Assembly: GCF_004010195.1 (NCBI RefSeq)
Contig: NC_057717.1
Location: 106,121,548 to 106,180,711 of the forward strand
Length of the DNA stretch: 59,164 nt
Direction: 5' to 3'
Origin: Chiloscyllium plagiosum
Taxonomy: Eukaryota
How positions within the stretch are numbered: the first letter of the stretch is position 1; every line of letters starts with the position of its first letter. The notes beneath the pieces were generated by a model. That model was not told the origin of the DNA. It did not search any database and saw only the letters and a list, made by a program, of their open reading frames with translations. A program made the translations under genes and the position numbers. This document shows positions 1 through 12,445 of this stretch, piece by piece.

Positions 1-540
1 TCTCCTGACTCTCCAAAGCCTCTACCATCTATAAGGCCCAAGTCAGGAGTGTGATAGAATACTCCCCACTTGCCTGGATGGGTACAACGCCAACAATGTT
101 CAAGAAGCTCAACACTTTTCAGGACAAAGCATCCTGCTTGATTGACACTACATCCACAAGCATCCACTCCCTCCACCACTGACACTCAGTAGCAACAGTG
201 TGTACCATCTACAAGATTCACTGCAGAAATTCACCAAAGATCCTCAGACATCACCTTCCAAACCCATAACCACTTCCATCTAGAAGGACAAGGGGCAGCA
301 GACACATGGAAAACCACGACCAGCAAGTTTCCCTCTAAGCTACTCACCATTTGACTTGGAAAATTATTGCTGTTCCTTCACTGTTGCTGGATCAAAATCC
401 TGAAATACCCTCCCTAATGGCATTGTGGGTTAACCCACAGTAGGTGGACTGCAGCAGTTCAAGAAAGCAGCTCACCCCATCTTCTCAAGGGCAACTAGCA
501 ATGGGCAATAAATGTTGGCCAACCAGCAATACTCCCACAA
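1..540 (+). mobile_element. L2/Crack-like LINE 3' end
   Basis: Degenerate TIYKAQVRSV.EYSPLAWMG...KKL...QDKA peptide, homologous to 31520-31920. Confidence 0.7.
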
Positions 541-1629
541 AATTAATAAATAAGAAAATAATAAATTTTAAAAATCCTTTGTGTAATGAATTTCTGTTTT
601 ATAGTTAAAACCAAACTTGAACCCTTGCATGCTTATGTTTCAGTGGAAAACTGCCACGTTAAGTTAACAAAAAAACAAAGTACGATTTATCAGGCCAGAT
701 TGTATCTGGGATCTGACTTGTCCAGTTGTAACATCAGCTAGGATCAGAATTAGATATTGTTATTTTTACTGTCACTGGATCATTATTCTTATACAGAGCA
801 CCACCACAGGAGCAATGGGGATTTAGACTGGCTTCACTACCACTTTGTTAGTCAATGATAAACACTAAACAAAAAAAAATCAGACAGAGTTTCTGCATCA
901 GTGATTCCTATGGATACTGAATAAATTTTGAAGGCAGTAGTGAGGCCTTCTGCAGTGGACCAGCCTATCAGCACTTACTGTTTATACTGACATTTGAAGA
1001 GTTGAACTGTGATGAAGTATGGTCAACACCATGACGAAAGGTCTAGCAAAGATGCGCCATTTTCACAAAAGGTAAAAACACTTTTCAGGAGGGTGGAATT
1101 GTGCACTTTGTTTTATACTCAACACTGCTAACTTGCCCATAGTGTTAGGTGCATTAGTCAGAGGGAAATGGGTCTGGGTGGGTTACTCTTTGAAGGGTTG
1201 GTGTGGACTTGTTGGACCGAAGGGCCTGTTTCCACACTGTAAGGAGTCTAATCAAATTTAAAAAAGAAAACTGCAGCCTGACCTCCTGGCTGAGTGGCGT
1301 GAGTACAAAGGGGCTGGAAGGAAGCATGAGGTTCCTGGAGAAGAGATAAAAACACAGGGTAACTCCTCAGACAAAGCACCTTGAAACTTCAGAAGGAAGA
1401 AAGACTTGCAAATATAAAAAAAAGGTAATTACTCAAAGATGAATTGCTAATAAATTCTCAAATTCTTTTTATTAGGGCATGAAATTGAAGATGACAATAT
1501 CGACAATATTCTGAACAAGTGTCATTCGCAGTTGAAAACATAAACAAACTTCCTTCTTCAACCTGTGAATGGCCAAGTAAACTTATAAATTTTTAATTTA
1601 TTATAAATGAGACTGCAAAGGAAAAAAAA

Positions 1630-2600
1630 CATTGGGTGATACAGATTCACCACCCTCCAAGAGAAGAAATTACTCATCATCTCTGTCTTAAATGTATCAC
1701 CCCTTATTTTGAGATTATGCCTCTCATCCCTGATTCTCCCACAAGGGAAACAACCTCCTTGCATTGACCCTATCAAATCCCCTAAGAATCTTGCATGTTT
1801 CAATAAGATCACTCCACATTCCTCTGAAGGTGAAAAGTACAGGTTGAACCTCCTCAACCGCTCCTCAAAAGAAAATCCCTCCATGCCCAAGATAAACTGA
1901 ACGAACCTCTTCTGGACTGCCTTCAACGTCAGAATATTTCTTCTTACAGAAGGGGACCAATGTGGGTCAATTGCCACACTTACTTTATTAGCCTGGATAT
2001 GCAACACAAGAACAGGAAGGTTGGAACTGTACAAAACATGAGTTAGGCGACAGCTAGAGTACTGTGAACACTTCTGATCAGCATGCTGTAGGAAGGATGT
2101 GATTGTACTAGTGGGGATGCTGAGGAGATTTACCAGAATGGTGCATGGTCTAGAAAATCAGAGATATGAGGAAAGATTGGACAGGCTGTGGGTGTTTTCT
2201 TGGAGCAGCAGAGAAGAGTCCTGATAGAGGTGTATATAATTTTTAGGAACATAAATAGTGGAGAGTAAAAGGCACTTCCTTTATTAGTAGAGAGGTTAAT
2301 AGCTTGGGGGGTGGCATAAATTTAAGATAAGAAATTGAAGGCTAAGAATTGAGGATAATTTGTTTCACCCAGAGGTTGATGGGAGTCCAGAACTTGTTGC
2401 CTGAAAAAGTAGATTGAGTCAGAAATTCTTGTAACATTTAAGCAGTATTTAAATATTCAGTTGTGTTTCCATAGCCTCTAGGGCTATGAGCAAGGAGCTG
2501 AAAAATAGGATCAGTACAGTCAGATCTTTGTTGGCTGATGTTGACATGATGGGCTAAATGGCCCTCTTCTGTGCGAGAAACATCTATGAGTCTAAAACTG
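1630..2600. mobile_element. Two old CR1 3' fragments in opposite orientation (about 1630-1960 -, about 1980-2595 +)
   Basis: Degenerate VQKRF...EERL...NFFSWRVVNL on - and the CR1 C-terminal nucleotide pattern on +. Confidence 0.65.
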
Positions 2601-3329
2601 TTCACAGTATTCAAAAAAGGTCAAACTAGTGCTTTATACAGTTTCAGCAAGACCTCCCTAATTTTACACTCTCAGTTCCTTTGAAATAAAGGCCAACATT
2701 CCATTTACCTTCCTTATTACATCAAAATCCCTCTGTATTGCAGCTTTCCCCATTTAAATAAAATCATTTCCTCTATTTTGCCTGACAAAGGACATAAGCT
2801 TTTCCTACATTATATTCCATTTGTCAGGTTTTTACTCACTCTCTGTAAGCAGTCTGTAACCCTCTGCAGGCACTTTTGCATCAAACACACCACTTGCTTT
2901 CTCACCTATTTTTGTGTCACTTGCAATCTTTCTGATAATTTATTCACCTCCAGCCAAAACTCTTTCTCTGTTTACATCAATGGCATCATGGGTGTTGCTT
3001 CCCTCCCTCATCCAGAATCAGAAAGGTTTAGTACTTTTGCTTTTATTATGGGCTTTTATTATGTAGTCTTATGTACTGCAATTATCGAATGGCTTTTGAA
3101 CATTAAAATATATTACATTGACTGATTTCCCTTTATCAATAATGATTATTGCCTTAAGAATTCTAATAAATTTGTCAGGCATGATTTCTTCTTCACAAAG
3201 CCTTGCTGACGCTGCTTAATCATACAATATTTCTAAATGTTCTGCTATTACATCCTTTATAATATACTTTTAATATTATCCTACTGATGTGATGTTAAGC
3301 TAACTGACCTATATTTCCAGTCTTACTTG

Positions 3330-3695
3330 GGCTTCCAGCCACAACTCTTTCTCTAGTTACATCAATGAGATAATGGATGCTGCTTCCCTCTCTTGTCCGG
3401 AACTGGAAAGGTTTAGGACTTTTGCTTCTGATTTCCACCCTGCTCTCACTTTCACCTGGTCCATCCCTGACTCCTCCCTTCCCTTCTCCAACATCTGTTT
3501 CCATTTTTTGCATTAAGCTTGCTACCAATATCCACCACAAACCCATTGACTCCCAGTCACCTGGACTAAACATCCTCACCCTGCTTCCTGTAAAGATTCT
3601 ATTCCACTTTCCCAGTTTATTTGTCTCCATTGCATCTGTTCCTGTGGTGACAGCATCAACAAGGGTGCCTCTGAAATGTTCATCGTTTTTCCTCA
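3330..3695 (+). mobile_element. Degenerate Penelope RT fragment
   Basis: Nucleotide similarity to 7560-7880 (ttcacctggtccatc...ctcctcccttccctt, aaacccattgactccca). Confidence 0.7.
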
Positions 3696-3699
3696 AAAA

Positions 3700-5785
3700 A
3701 CAAAGTACAAATCAGCACAGGAACAAGCTGTTTGGCCCTCCAAGCCTGTAATAACACATTTTGCCCTTCTATACTAAAACTGTCTTTGCTTTATTCACCT
3801 CCAAATCATGTATTCGTCCAGGTGCTATTGTGTCTGCTTCCACCACCTCCTCTGTCAGCACATTCCAGGCATTCATTACCCTTTGTGTGAAAAAATTGCC
3901 TTGCACATCTCTTTTAAACCCCCCCCCCCCCCCCCCCCCACCTTGAACCTGTGCCCCCTACTAATTTACCCCTCCACCCTGGGTAAAAGCTCATACTTTC
4001 TGCTCTATCCCTGACTTTCACAATCTTAACAACTTCTATCAGGTCACTCCTCAACCTACTACATTTCAGTGAAAACAAACCCAGTATGTCCAACCTTTAT
4101 TCATTGCTAAAATCTCTGTACCAGGCAATAACCTTTTCTGTACCCTCTCCAAAGCATCCACACTCTTATAGTAGTGTGGTGACAAGACCTGTACACAATA
4201 TTTCAAGTGCGGCCAAACTAAAGTTCTATAAAGCTGCAGCATAACTTGCTTATTCTTACACTCAATGACTCTTCCAATGAAAGCAATCAAGCCATAGGCT
4301 TTTTTTTTTACTACCTTACCTACCCGCGCTGCCACCTTCAATGACCTGTAGACCTGCACACACAGTTCCCTGTACATATCAATATACCTAAGGGTTCTAC
4401 AATTAACTGTATAATTTCCATCTGTACTTGACATTCCAAAAATTCATCATTTCACATCTGTCTGGATTAAACTCCATCTGACATTTTTCTGCCCATGCCT
4501 CCAACTAATCTACGTCTGCCGTATCCCCTGACAATCCTCCTCACCAGCTGCAACTCTACTAATCCTTGTATTGTCCTCAAACCTGAACTAATTAGACAGC
4601 TATATTTTCCTCCAAATGATTTGTGCACCACGAACAGCAGATACCATCATCGATCCCTGTGAACACCACTAGTCACAACCCTCCATTCCGAAAAGCATCC
4701 TTCCACCGCTACCCTCTCCTATGACTAAGCCAGTTCTGTATCTGTCTTGCCAGCTCATCCCTGACACCATGACTTTTGTACCAGTCTGCCATGAGGGAAC
4801 TTGTCAAAAGTTTTACTGCGATCCATGTAGACAACATCAATTGATTTTTCCTCATCAATCATCTTTGTCACCTCCTCAAAAGGCTCGATCAAGTTAGTGA
4901 ACTATGACCTCCGCTGCACAAAACCACGCTGATCATCGCTAATGAGTCCATTTGTTTCTAAATGCAAATAGATCTTGTCCTTGAGAATCTTTTCCAATAA
5001 TTTCCCTACCACCAATATGAGGTTTACAGGCCTGTAATTTCCTGGATTATCCCTGCTATCCTTCTTAAATTGACTATTCTCCAGTCTTCTGGGGACAACA
5101 TGGCTATTTTCCAGTCTTCTGGAACCTCACCTGTGGCCAAAGAAGATATAAAATGACTGCCAATGCTCCAGCAATTTGTTCTCTTGCCTCCCTCAATATT
5201 CTGGGATAGATCCCAACAGGACCTGGGGATTTATCTACCTTAATATTTTTTAGGATGCACAACAGCTCTGCCTTATTAATAGTTGCTTGGCTTAGAAATT
5301 TGATACTCTCTTCCCTGTGATCATCCTGCACCAATTCTTTCCCTTTGGTGAATACCAACACAACTACCTCTTTTGGCTCCACACATAGCTTCCTTCCCTT
5401 GTCCTTTAGTGAGCTAACCCTTTCCCTGGTTGCTCTCTTGCTTTTTATACATATATAAAACGCCTTGGGATTCTTCTTAATCCTGTTTGCTATCAACTTT
5501 TCAAGTTCTCTTTTATCCCTTCTAATTTCTTGCTTAAGTTCTTTCCTACTTTCCTTATATACTTCAAGGGCTTCGTCAGTTCCTATCTTACTAGGCCTCA
5601 TGTTGTTTCATTCTTCTTTTCCTTTATGACCAAGGTCATAACAGCCCTGGTTATCCAAGGTTCATGTAACTTGCCATATCTATCCTTCATTCTCGCAGGA
5701 AGGTGCTGCTCCTGAACTCTTATCAACTGCAGTTTGAAATACTCCCACATGCCCAATGTGGATTTACCCTCAAACAGCCAATGAT
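3700..5785 (-). mobile_element. CR1 LINE ORF2 remnant
   Basis: KKNPKAFY, DKSPGPVGIYPRILRE and MLQLYRTLVWPHLKYCVQ peptides on -. Confidence 0.88.
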
Positions 5786-6840
5786 TCTCCAACACCGTAA
5801 TTGACAATGCCTTCAGCTGTGTCTGACCTATCTTCTGCACTTTGTCCTCACCCATTTTCTTTCTTCCCACAACAGCAATAGGGTCCCTGGGTCCTCAGCT
5901 ATCACCCACCAGCATCCAAATCCAAAGGATTATTAGCCACCATTTCTGTCACATCCAGGGGGATGCCACCACCAGCCACATTCCTCTCGCTTCCCCTGTT
6001 AGCTTCCACAGGGACCATTCTCACCAGGACATCTTGGTAAGCTCTTCCTCACTCCCAACACCTCCCCATGCCCCCATAACACCTTCCATTGCAATCCTAG
6101 AACGTGCAACATCTGCCCATTTACTTTCTTCCTTCTCACTACCCAGGTGAAGAAATGCCTTATTTGCACTTCACTCAATCAAGACTATTGTATTCGCTGC
6201 TCACAATGTGGTCTGCAGTAAATGGGGAGACAAATGTAGACTAGGCAAACGCTTTGCAGAACATCTAAATTCACTCTGCAAAAATGACCCTGAGCTTACA
6301 TTGTCCTGCCATTTCAACACACCACTGTGTTCCCTAGCCAACATCTCTGTCTTGGGCTTGCTGCAGTGCTCCAGCAAAGCTTCTCAAAAGCTGGAAGAAC
6401 AGCATCACATTTTCTGCTTGGAGACCCTGCAGCCTCTGGACTCAATATTTAGTTCAATAATTTTAGGGCCTGAGCATCTTCTCCCATGTCCTCACCTAAC
6501 CCCCACACACCAGACCTTGTCATCACATCTAATAGTCAGCCACTAATAGTCGCCATTAGCAGCAATTCTTTCTCTCAGGCTGACCTTTACTCCTTCCTTT
6601 TTCTGCCCAACTGTTTTTCTCTCTCTCTGGATTCCATCTCCAGTTATCATTTACTCCTCATCCTACCCCATCTTCAGTATATAATCTTTCTTTTTCTGCT
6701 AATATCAGTTCTGAAGAAGGGTCACTGGATCCAAAATATTCACTCTTCTTTTCTCTACAGATGATGTCAGACCTGCTGAGTTTCTCCAGACCTGCTGTTT
6801 TGTTTCTGATTTCCAGTGTTCACAGTTCTTTGTTTTTTTT
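5785..6840 (+). mobile_element. Old Penelope-like fragment (GIY-YIG endonuclease region and 3' end)
   Basis: Degenerate RLGKRFAEHL...SCHFN...KLEEQHHIF peptide and a decayed hammerhead at 6711-6744. Confidence 0.75.
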
Positions 6841-7914
6841 TTGGCTGTAGTTACCTTTTTTTGGTCTTCATTCTTTTTTGAGTGGTTGGGACATAGATTT
6901 CTGAAACTTTGACAATTGCTGTGAGAGTCAGTGGACCACATTATCCATTAGTTCATTCTTGCTAAACAATTATCAGGATCTTCTGTATTATCTAGTTAAC
7001 AGCAGTCAACATTTTTTAGATCTTCTGCTTGATCTTCTAACGGTGAGATAATGACACTCCAGTGGGCAGAAAGTTATTACATCGTGGAACTCATTCCCTA
7101 CGTCAGGCTGTTAATTAAATTTAAATGATGGGGATTCAAGTTAAACTCTTTTAATGGCTGAGAAACTGCTCAAAGGGTAGGAAACATTTAATATTTTACA
7201 TTTGAGGAGTTATGGAGTGGGGGTGCAGGGAAGTAATGAGTGAGATGCCTTTAGCGCTAAATCATGGAATTTTTACAGGCCATTCAACCCACACTGATCC
7301 TCAGACCCAGATCCACCCCCTTACCTTATTCTTGTAACCCTGCATTTTCCATGGCTTTTCCACCTAGCCTGCACATCCTGGATGCAACAGTCAATTTACC
7401 ATGGCCATTCCACTAATCCTCCCACTTTCTCCAAACAAAAGGAGTAGCCATGGGCACCCGCATGGGCCCCAGCTATGCCTGCCTCTTCGTAGGGTATGTG
7501 GAACAATCCATCTTCCGCAACTACACTGGCCCCACCCCCCATCTTTTTCTTCGCTACATCGATGACTGTATCGGCGCTACCTCGTGCTCCCACGAGGAGG
7601 TTGAACAGTTCATCCACTACACTAACACCTTCCACCCCGACCTCAAATTCACCTGGACAGTCTCGGACTCCTCCCTCCCCTTCCTAGACCTTTCTGTTTC
7701 TATCTCAGGCGACCGAATCAACACGGACATCTACTACAAACCAACCGACTCCCACAGCTACCTGGACTACACCTCCTCCCATCCTGCCCCCTGTAAAAAC
7801 GCCAATTCCTTCGTCTCCGCCGCATCTGCTCCCAGGAGGACCACTTCAAAATACGTACAACACAGATGGCCACCTTCTTCAAGGACCGCAATTTCCCCCC
7901 CAACGTGGTCGACG

Positions 7915-8406
7915 NNNNNNNNNNNNNNNNNNNNNNNNNNNNNNNNNNNNNNNNNNNNNNNNNNNNNNNNNNNNNNNNNNNNNNNNNNNNNNNNNNNNNN
8001 NNNNNNNNNNNNNNNNNNNNNNNNNNNNNNNNNNNNNNNNNNNNNNNNNNNNNNNNNNNNNNNNNNNNNNNNNNNNNNNNNNNNNNNNNNNNNNNNNNNN
8101 NNNNNNNNNNNNNNNNNNNNNNNNNNNNNNNNNNNNNNNNNNNNNNNNNNNNNNNNNNNNNNNNNNNNNNNNNNNNNNNNNNNNNNNNNNNNNNNNNNNN
8201 NNNNNNNNNNNNNNNNNNNNNNNNNNNNNNNNNNNNNNNNNNNNNNNNNNNNNNNNNNNNNNNNNNNNNNNNNNNNNNNNNNNNNNNNNNNNNNNNNNNN
8301 NNNNNNNNNNNNNNNNNNNNNNNNNNNNNNNNNNNNNNNNNNNNNNNNNNNNNNNNNNNNNNNNNNNNNNNNNNNNNNNNNNNNNNNNNNNNNNNNNNNN
8401 NNNNNN
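7915..8406. other. Assembly gap
   Basis: Run of N. Confidence 1.
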
Positions 8407-8632
8407 GGAGAATCCAAAGGGTTTTTACAAATATATTAAGGACAAAAGGGTAACTAGGCCAGCCCGGCACCGCCTTCCTGACCTGCAGTCTTCTTCTTGA
8501 CCTCTCCGCCTCCATCCTACTCCGACCTATCACCCTCACCTTGACCTCTTTCCACCTATCACATTTCCAACTCCCCTCCTCCAAGTCCCTCCTCCCTACC
8601 TTTTATCTTCTCCTGCTGAACACTCTCTGCTC

Positions 8633-8668
8633 ATTCCTGAAGAAGGGCCTGTGCCCGAAACGTCGAAT
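8633..8668 (+). ncRNA. Minimal type-I hammerhead ribozyme motif (intact core)
   Basis: ATTC-CTGAAGA-A-GGGC(CTGT)GCCC-GAAA-CG-TC-GAAT: stem I ATTC/GAAT, CUGANGA and GAAA boxes, palindromic ACGT in place of stem III, GUC cleavage triplet. Confidence 0.7.
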
Positions 8669-10229
8669 CTCCTGTTCCCTGGATGCTGCCTGACCTGCTG
8701 TGCTGTTCCAGCAATAAAGTTTCAACATTCCACTAATCTGCACATCTTTGGACTATGGGAGGAAATTGGAGCACCTGGGCGAAACCCATGCAGAGAACAT
8801 ACAAACTCCACACAGTCATCGAAAACTGGAATTGAACCTGGTGCTGTGGGGAAATAGAGCTAAGCCTCATGGAACTGATTCCTGAGATGAGTGGGGTGTT
8901 ATATTGTGAAGAAAGGTGGGTTAAGCTGCCGGTGTCTGTTGGGAGATTTGAGTTTATAAGAATGAGACCCAATACTACCAAAACATCCAAGATCTTGACG
9001 GGACTTACTTGGTGTCTGGAACCCTCTGAAAAGTCTCCAAAGTTGGATATATTTACTCATTTATATGAATAGTTAGTCAGGAACTGTTAAAGTATTGTTA
9101 ATTGCTAAAATTCCTTGTTAACGATAAAACTGATCCCCATTCACTCACATGGACACCCTGCCTCACCCAAATGGATTGTCAACCACTTCGAATTGACAAT
9201 GACCTATGGACAATCATGCCAAAGCCCACTCCAACCATTGAATTCTTACCGTCCCCCACCTAAACCGACCTATACTCATCCAGCCTGACCCTCCCAACTA
9301 TGAACACTAGAGTCCACCCAAAACCTGACCCACTTTACCCTTTCTCACTCTTACCTGGCCCACTCACTCAGCATTCTGGCCCCTCACCCACTTTGCAATC
9401 CCCATCCTCCTGACAACCTAAACCCTCACCTTCCTTGCACCTGTACCTGCACACACACCTGACCTCTGCTTACTGACCTGGCACCCCACCCCCAAACTGT
9501 CACCCTACCTCCTTGACCAGCCCGCCAACCTAACACTCTGTCCACCAGCTGTCCAACAGCTTTAGGATGTCCAAAATGTGTTCACTTACTAGAATACAGC
9601 AACTATTTCCGAGAGGGGTTGGTGGGCTGGTTTCTGAGATGCTGCTGCCTCATGGATTATTGATTTGATGGGCATTCTGACCCAGATCTGAAAATTTGCC
9701 CAGTACTTGGAACTCATCACATTAATATACAAACTAGGAGCAAGAGTAAGCCACTTAACCCTTCAAGCCTCTTCTACCATTAATTAATATCATGGCTAAT
9801 CCAGAAGGACTCTCATCTTTAATTTCCTATCTGCTCCTATAATAATCACTGAGAAAAAATGGCTTTCCTAATCTCCATCTTAAAAGGTTATTCTTATTCT
9901 TATACGGTGTCCCCTAGTTTTAGCCTTTCCTGAAACACCCTTTCAGAAATATACCTGTCAAGTCCCCTCAAGATATATTTCATTAAAAATAAAATCTCCC
10001 AATTCTGAAAACTTCCAAAGGGTAAAGAATCATAAGATATACCTAAGCTACTATTTGATAAATTTTGCCTGCTTTCTACACATAGAGACCGCCTGGGATC
10101 GTTTCGGTACATTAAAGGCGACAGTTCAATGCAAACCCTTGTTGGTTTTATGGGTGTCCAGTTTATATGCCAGCAGAATCAGGTCCCTGGAGCAGGAGAC
10201 GTTTTAATTTTCAGACATAAAACATGAAT

Positions 10230-10395
10230 AAACCAATATGAAAATACCCTTGCAAAGATTAATGGAGTTGAAACGAACAAAATTGACTTCAGTTGTGAAC
10301 GGGCGGTTCCGTCAGTCAGTTCAGCAGGGTCCTTTGGGGAGACGTTAGGCTCGAGCGGAAACTTTGAATAAACCGACAGCGGGGAGGCGGGAAAA
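10230..10395 (+). promoter_or_regulatory. Probable SPC24 cell-cycle promoter (CCAAT, CDE/CHR, E2F site)
   Basis: Locally CpG-rich. CCAAT at 10233-10237. GAGCGG, then a 4-nt spacer, then TTTGAA (CHR at 10363-10368). GGCGGGAAA at 10386-10394. About 0.9 kb upstream of the first coding exon, which has its own splice acceptor. Confidence 0.6.
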
Positions 10396-10415
10396 CCGAG
10401 AGAGAAAATTCACAA

Positions 10416-11055
10416 TACCCGGTAAAAACACCCGGTAAAAACACCCGGAGAGGGGGGGGAGAGNNNNNNNNNNNNNNNNNNNNNNNNNNNNNNNNNNNNN
10501 NNNNNNNNNNNNNNNNNNNNNNNNNNNNNNNNNNNNNNNNNNNNNNNNNNNNNNNNNNNNNNNNNNNNNNNNNNNNNNNNNNNNNNNNNNNNNNNNNNNN
10601 NNNNNNNNNNNNNNNNNNNNNNNNNNNNNNNNNNNNNNNNNNNNNNNNNNNNNNNNNNNNNNNNNNNNNNNNNNNNNNNNNNNNNNNNNNNNNNNNNNNN
10701 NNNNNNNNNNNNNNNNNNNNNNNAACACTCGGAGAGGGGGGAGAGAGAGATAAAAACACCCGGAGAGAGGATAGAGAGATAAAAACACCCGGAGAGGGGA
10801 GAGAGAGAGAGATAAAAATACCCGAAATGGAGAGCGAGACAGAGATAAAAATACCCGGAGTAGTGAGACAGACAGAATGAAAAATACCTGGAGTGGGGAG
10901 AGAGATAAAAACACTTGGAGAGGAGTGTTAGAGAGAAAAACACCAGAAGAAGAGCGTGAAGAGGAGAAATTACAGCACCTGGAGAGGAGAGAAAACGTGA
11001 AATGAGAAAAAGCTCAGGGAGGAGAGATAAAAGCAACCGAGACAGAGAGAAAAAA
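10416..11055. repeat. Purine-rich minisatellite, ~30-bp unit (AAAAACACCCGGAGAGGGGAGAGAGAGAT), spanning an assembly gap
   Basis: Directly visible and degenerating toward 11050. Confidence 0.9.
10464..10723. other. Assembly gap
   Basis: Run of N. Confidence 1.
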
Positions 11056-11316
11056 AATGAGGAATATTCAATGTGAGAGATAAACCCCTGTAAGAGAAGA
11101 GGAAAAACAAAAATGGCGGGAACGAGTGAATTCGGACAAGAGTGAGATAGAAAACGTGAGAATCCCCTTCAAAAATCGATCATTAACTTAAATTATCTCC
11201 TCTCTTATTCCCTCGGATTGTAACACTTGATATCTGAGTGACTGCACATCTTTTCATTGAATGATGGAACAAGAAATTAAAGTGTAAATTTTCTGTTTTT
11301 CTTACCCCTTATAGAG

Positions 11317-11479
11317 ATGGAGGCCCAGATGCAAGAATTTAAGGCGTTAGCTGGAGAAATGTCGATTATCCTCTCGGGCTCTCATGGGGAAGTGCTGTTG
11401 CAGAAAGCCATGATGAATAAAGCAAAAACTTTGAATAGGTACCTGGAATTTGAAAGATCAGTGAAGCAACTGCTTACAG
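11317..11479 (+). CDS. SPC24: SPC24 coding exon 1 (MEAQMQEF...VKQLLT)
   Basis: Pyrimidine-rich acceptor ...cttacccctttatag ends at 11314. ATG at 11317 in GAGATGG context. Frame open to a CAG|GTAAGG donor at 11479/11480. 163 nt, phase 1, in frame with the next exon. Confidence 0.85.
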
Positions 11480-12229
11480 GTAAGGTGTGACAATTCAGAA
11501 ATTGGGTGAATGAGCATACATTTGTAAAATTGGCATGGATGATTTAAAAAGACATTGCAAACTGACATTGCTGTGATGATATGAATGGCAATTATAGTAA
11601 AGATAAAAACACAATAATCTGGGGAAATTGAACAAGTCTGGCAGCATCTGGAGAGAAAATCAGTTATTGTTTTGAGTGCAAAATGACTCTGGAAACTAGC
11701 ATGTTTCAAATAATAGTTTTGGACTTGAAACAGAAACTATTTCTCTCTCCTTATGGTGCCTGGCGTGCTGAGCTTCTGCTTTTAGTTCAGATTTCCAGCA
11801 TCCGCAGTATTTTACCATTATTCCAGCACTAGAGATGCTGTGAGGGTAGCACACCGACAATCTGTGGTGTCTGAACGAGAAACTACACTAACGATTCTGT
11901 GAAGTCAAACCATCTTGTGCAGAATTCATAATCGTACCTTGAAAATGAAATCCTGAGTACAGGTTGATTTTTAAAAAAAGACATTAATCGAATCTTTATC
12001 GCTGAGCAAACTTATACTGCATAGTTTGTCTACCTTTGCTGATTGTTTCAAATTCAATTTTTTTTCAAAGTAACCTAATGGGTTTGCAGTGAATGATCTG
12101 TGCTACTTTAAAATTAGTTTTGAATCAACTCCCTGTTGCTTGAAAATGTTAATGGCTAGAAATCACAAGCCTTTGAAAACATCTGTGTCTAATACAAGAT
12201 CTTTGAGAATTACATGATGTTGATTTCAG

Positions 12230-12374
12230 AAATACAACAGACACGGGAGAAGGTGGCACTGAAAGTTATAGAGATTGGAGAAGAACAACAGAAAAGCTTT
12301 CTGGAGGTGCAGAAGATTCAGGAACAGTGGAAAAAAAGTCAACAGCAGTACACTCAGAAAGAAGCAGAATTAAA
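12230..12374 (+). CDS. SPC24: SPC24 coding exon 2 (coiled coil, EIQQTREKV...KEAELK)
   Basis: Acceptor tttcag ends at 12229. E/Q/K-rich coiled-coil peptide. Ends at a U12 AT-AC donor ATATCCTTTG (12375). 145 nt, frame-consistent. Confidence 0.9.
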
Positions 12375-12445
12375 ATATCCTTTGCTACTGAAATTTATTT
12401 TAAGTGCCTACTTAGATTAGGGAGGAATGGGCGTTGCAAGTGATT

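Larger units (their letters stand above)
7419..8725 (+). mobile_element. 5'-truncated Penelope-like element (RT fragment, assembly gap, 3' end with hammerhead motif) inserted into a SINE
   Basis: PLE RT motifs GVAMGTRMGPSYACLF, FLRYIDD and LPFLDL...YYKPTDSHSYLDY. Bounded by a 13-bp TSD CATTCCACTAATC (7406-7418 / 8726-8738). Confidence 0.88.

Noticed and set aside
3919..3939. C21 tract giving a polyproline ORF or G-quadruplex
   Set aside because: A homopolymer expansion inside a CR1 3' fragment with no gene context.
7718..8584. Long ORFs of 195-329 aa across 7.4-8.6 kb and 147-208 aa across 10.3-11.0 kb
   Set aside because: Their length comes from N runs and low-complexity repeat. Only the PLE RT part is meaningful.
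9240..9560. C-rich, loosely periodic segment
   Set aside because: I could not define a unit or a function. Treated as eroded low-complexity or repeat sequence.
12214..12420. Stand-alone 68-aa coiled-coil ORF
   Set aside because: It is SPC24 exon 2 plus intronic flanks.
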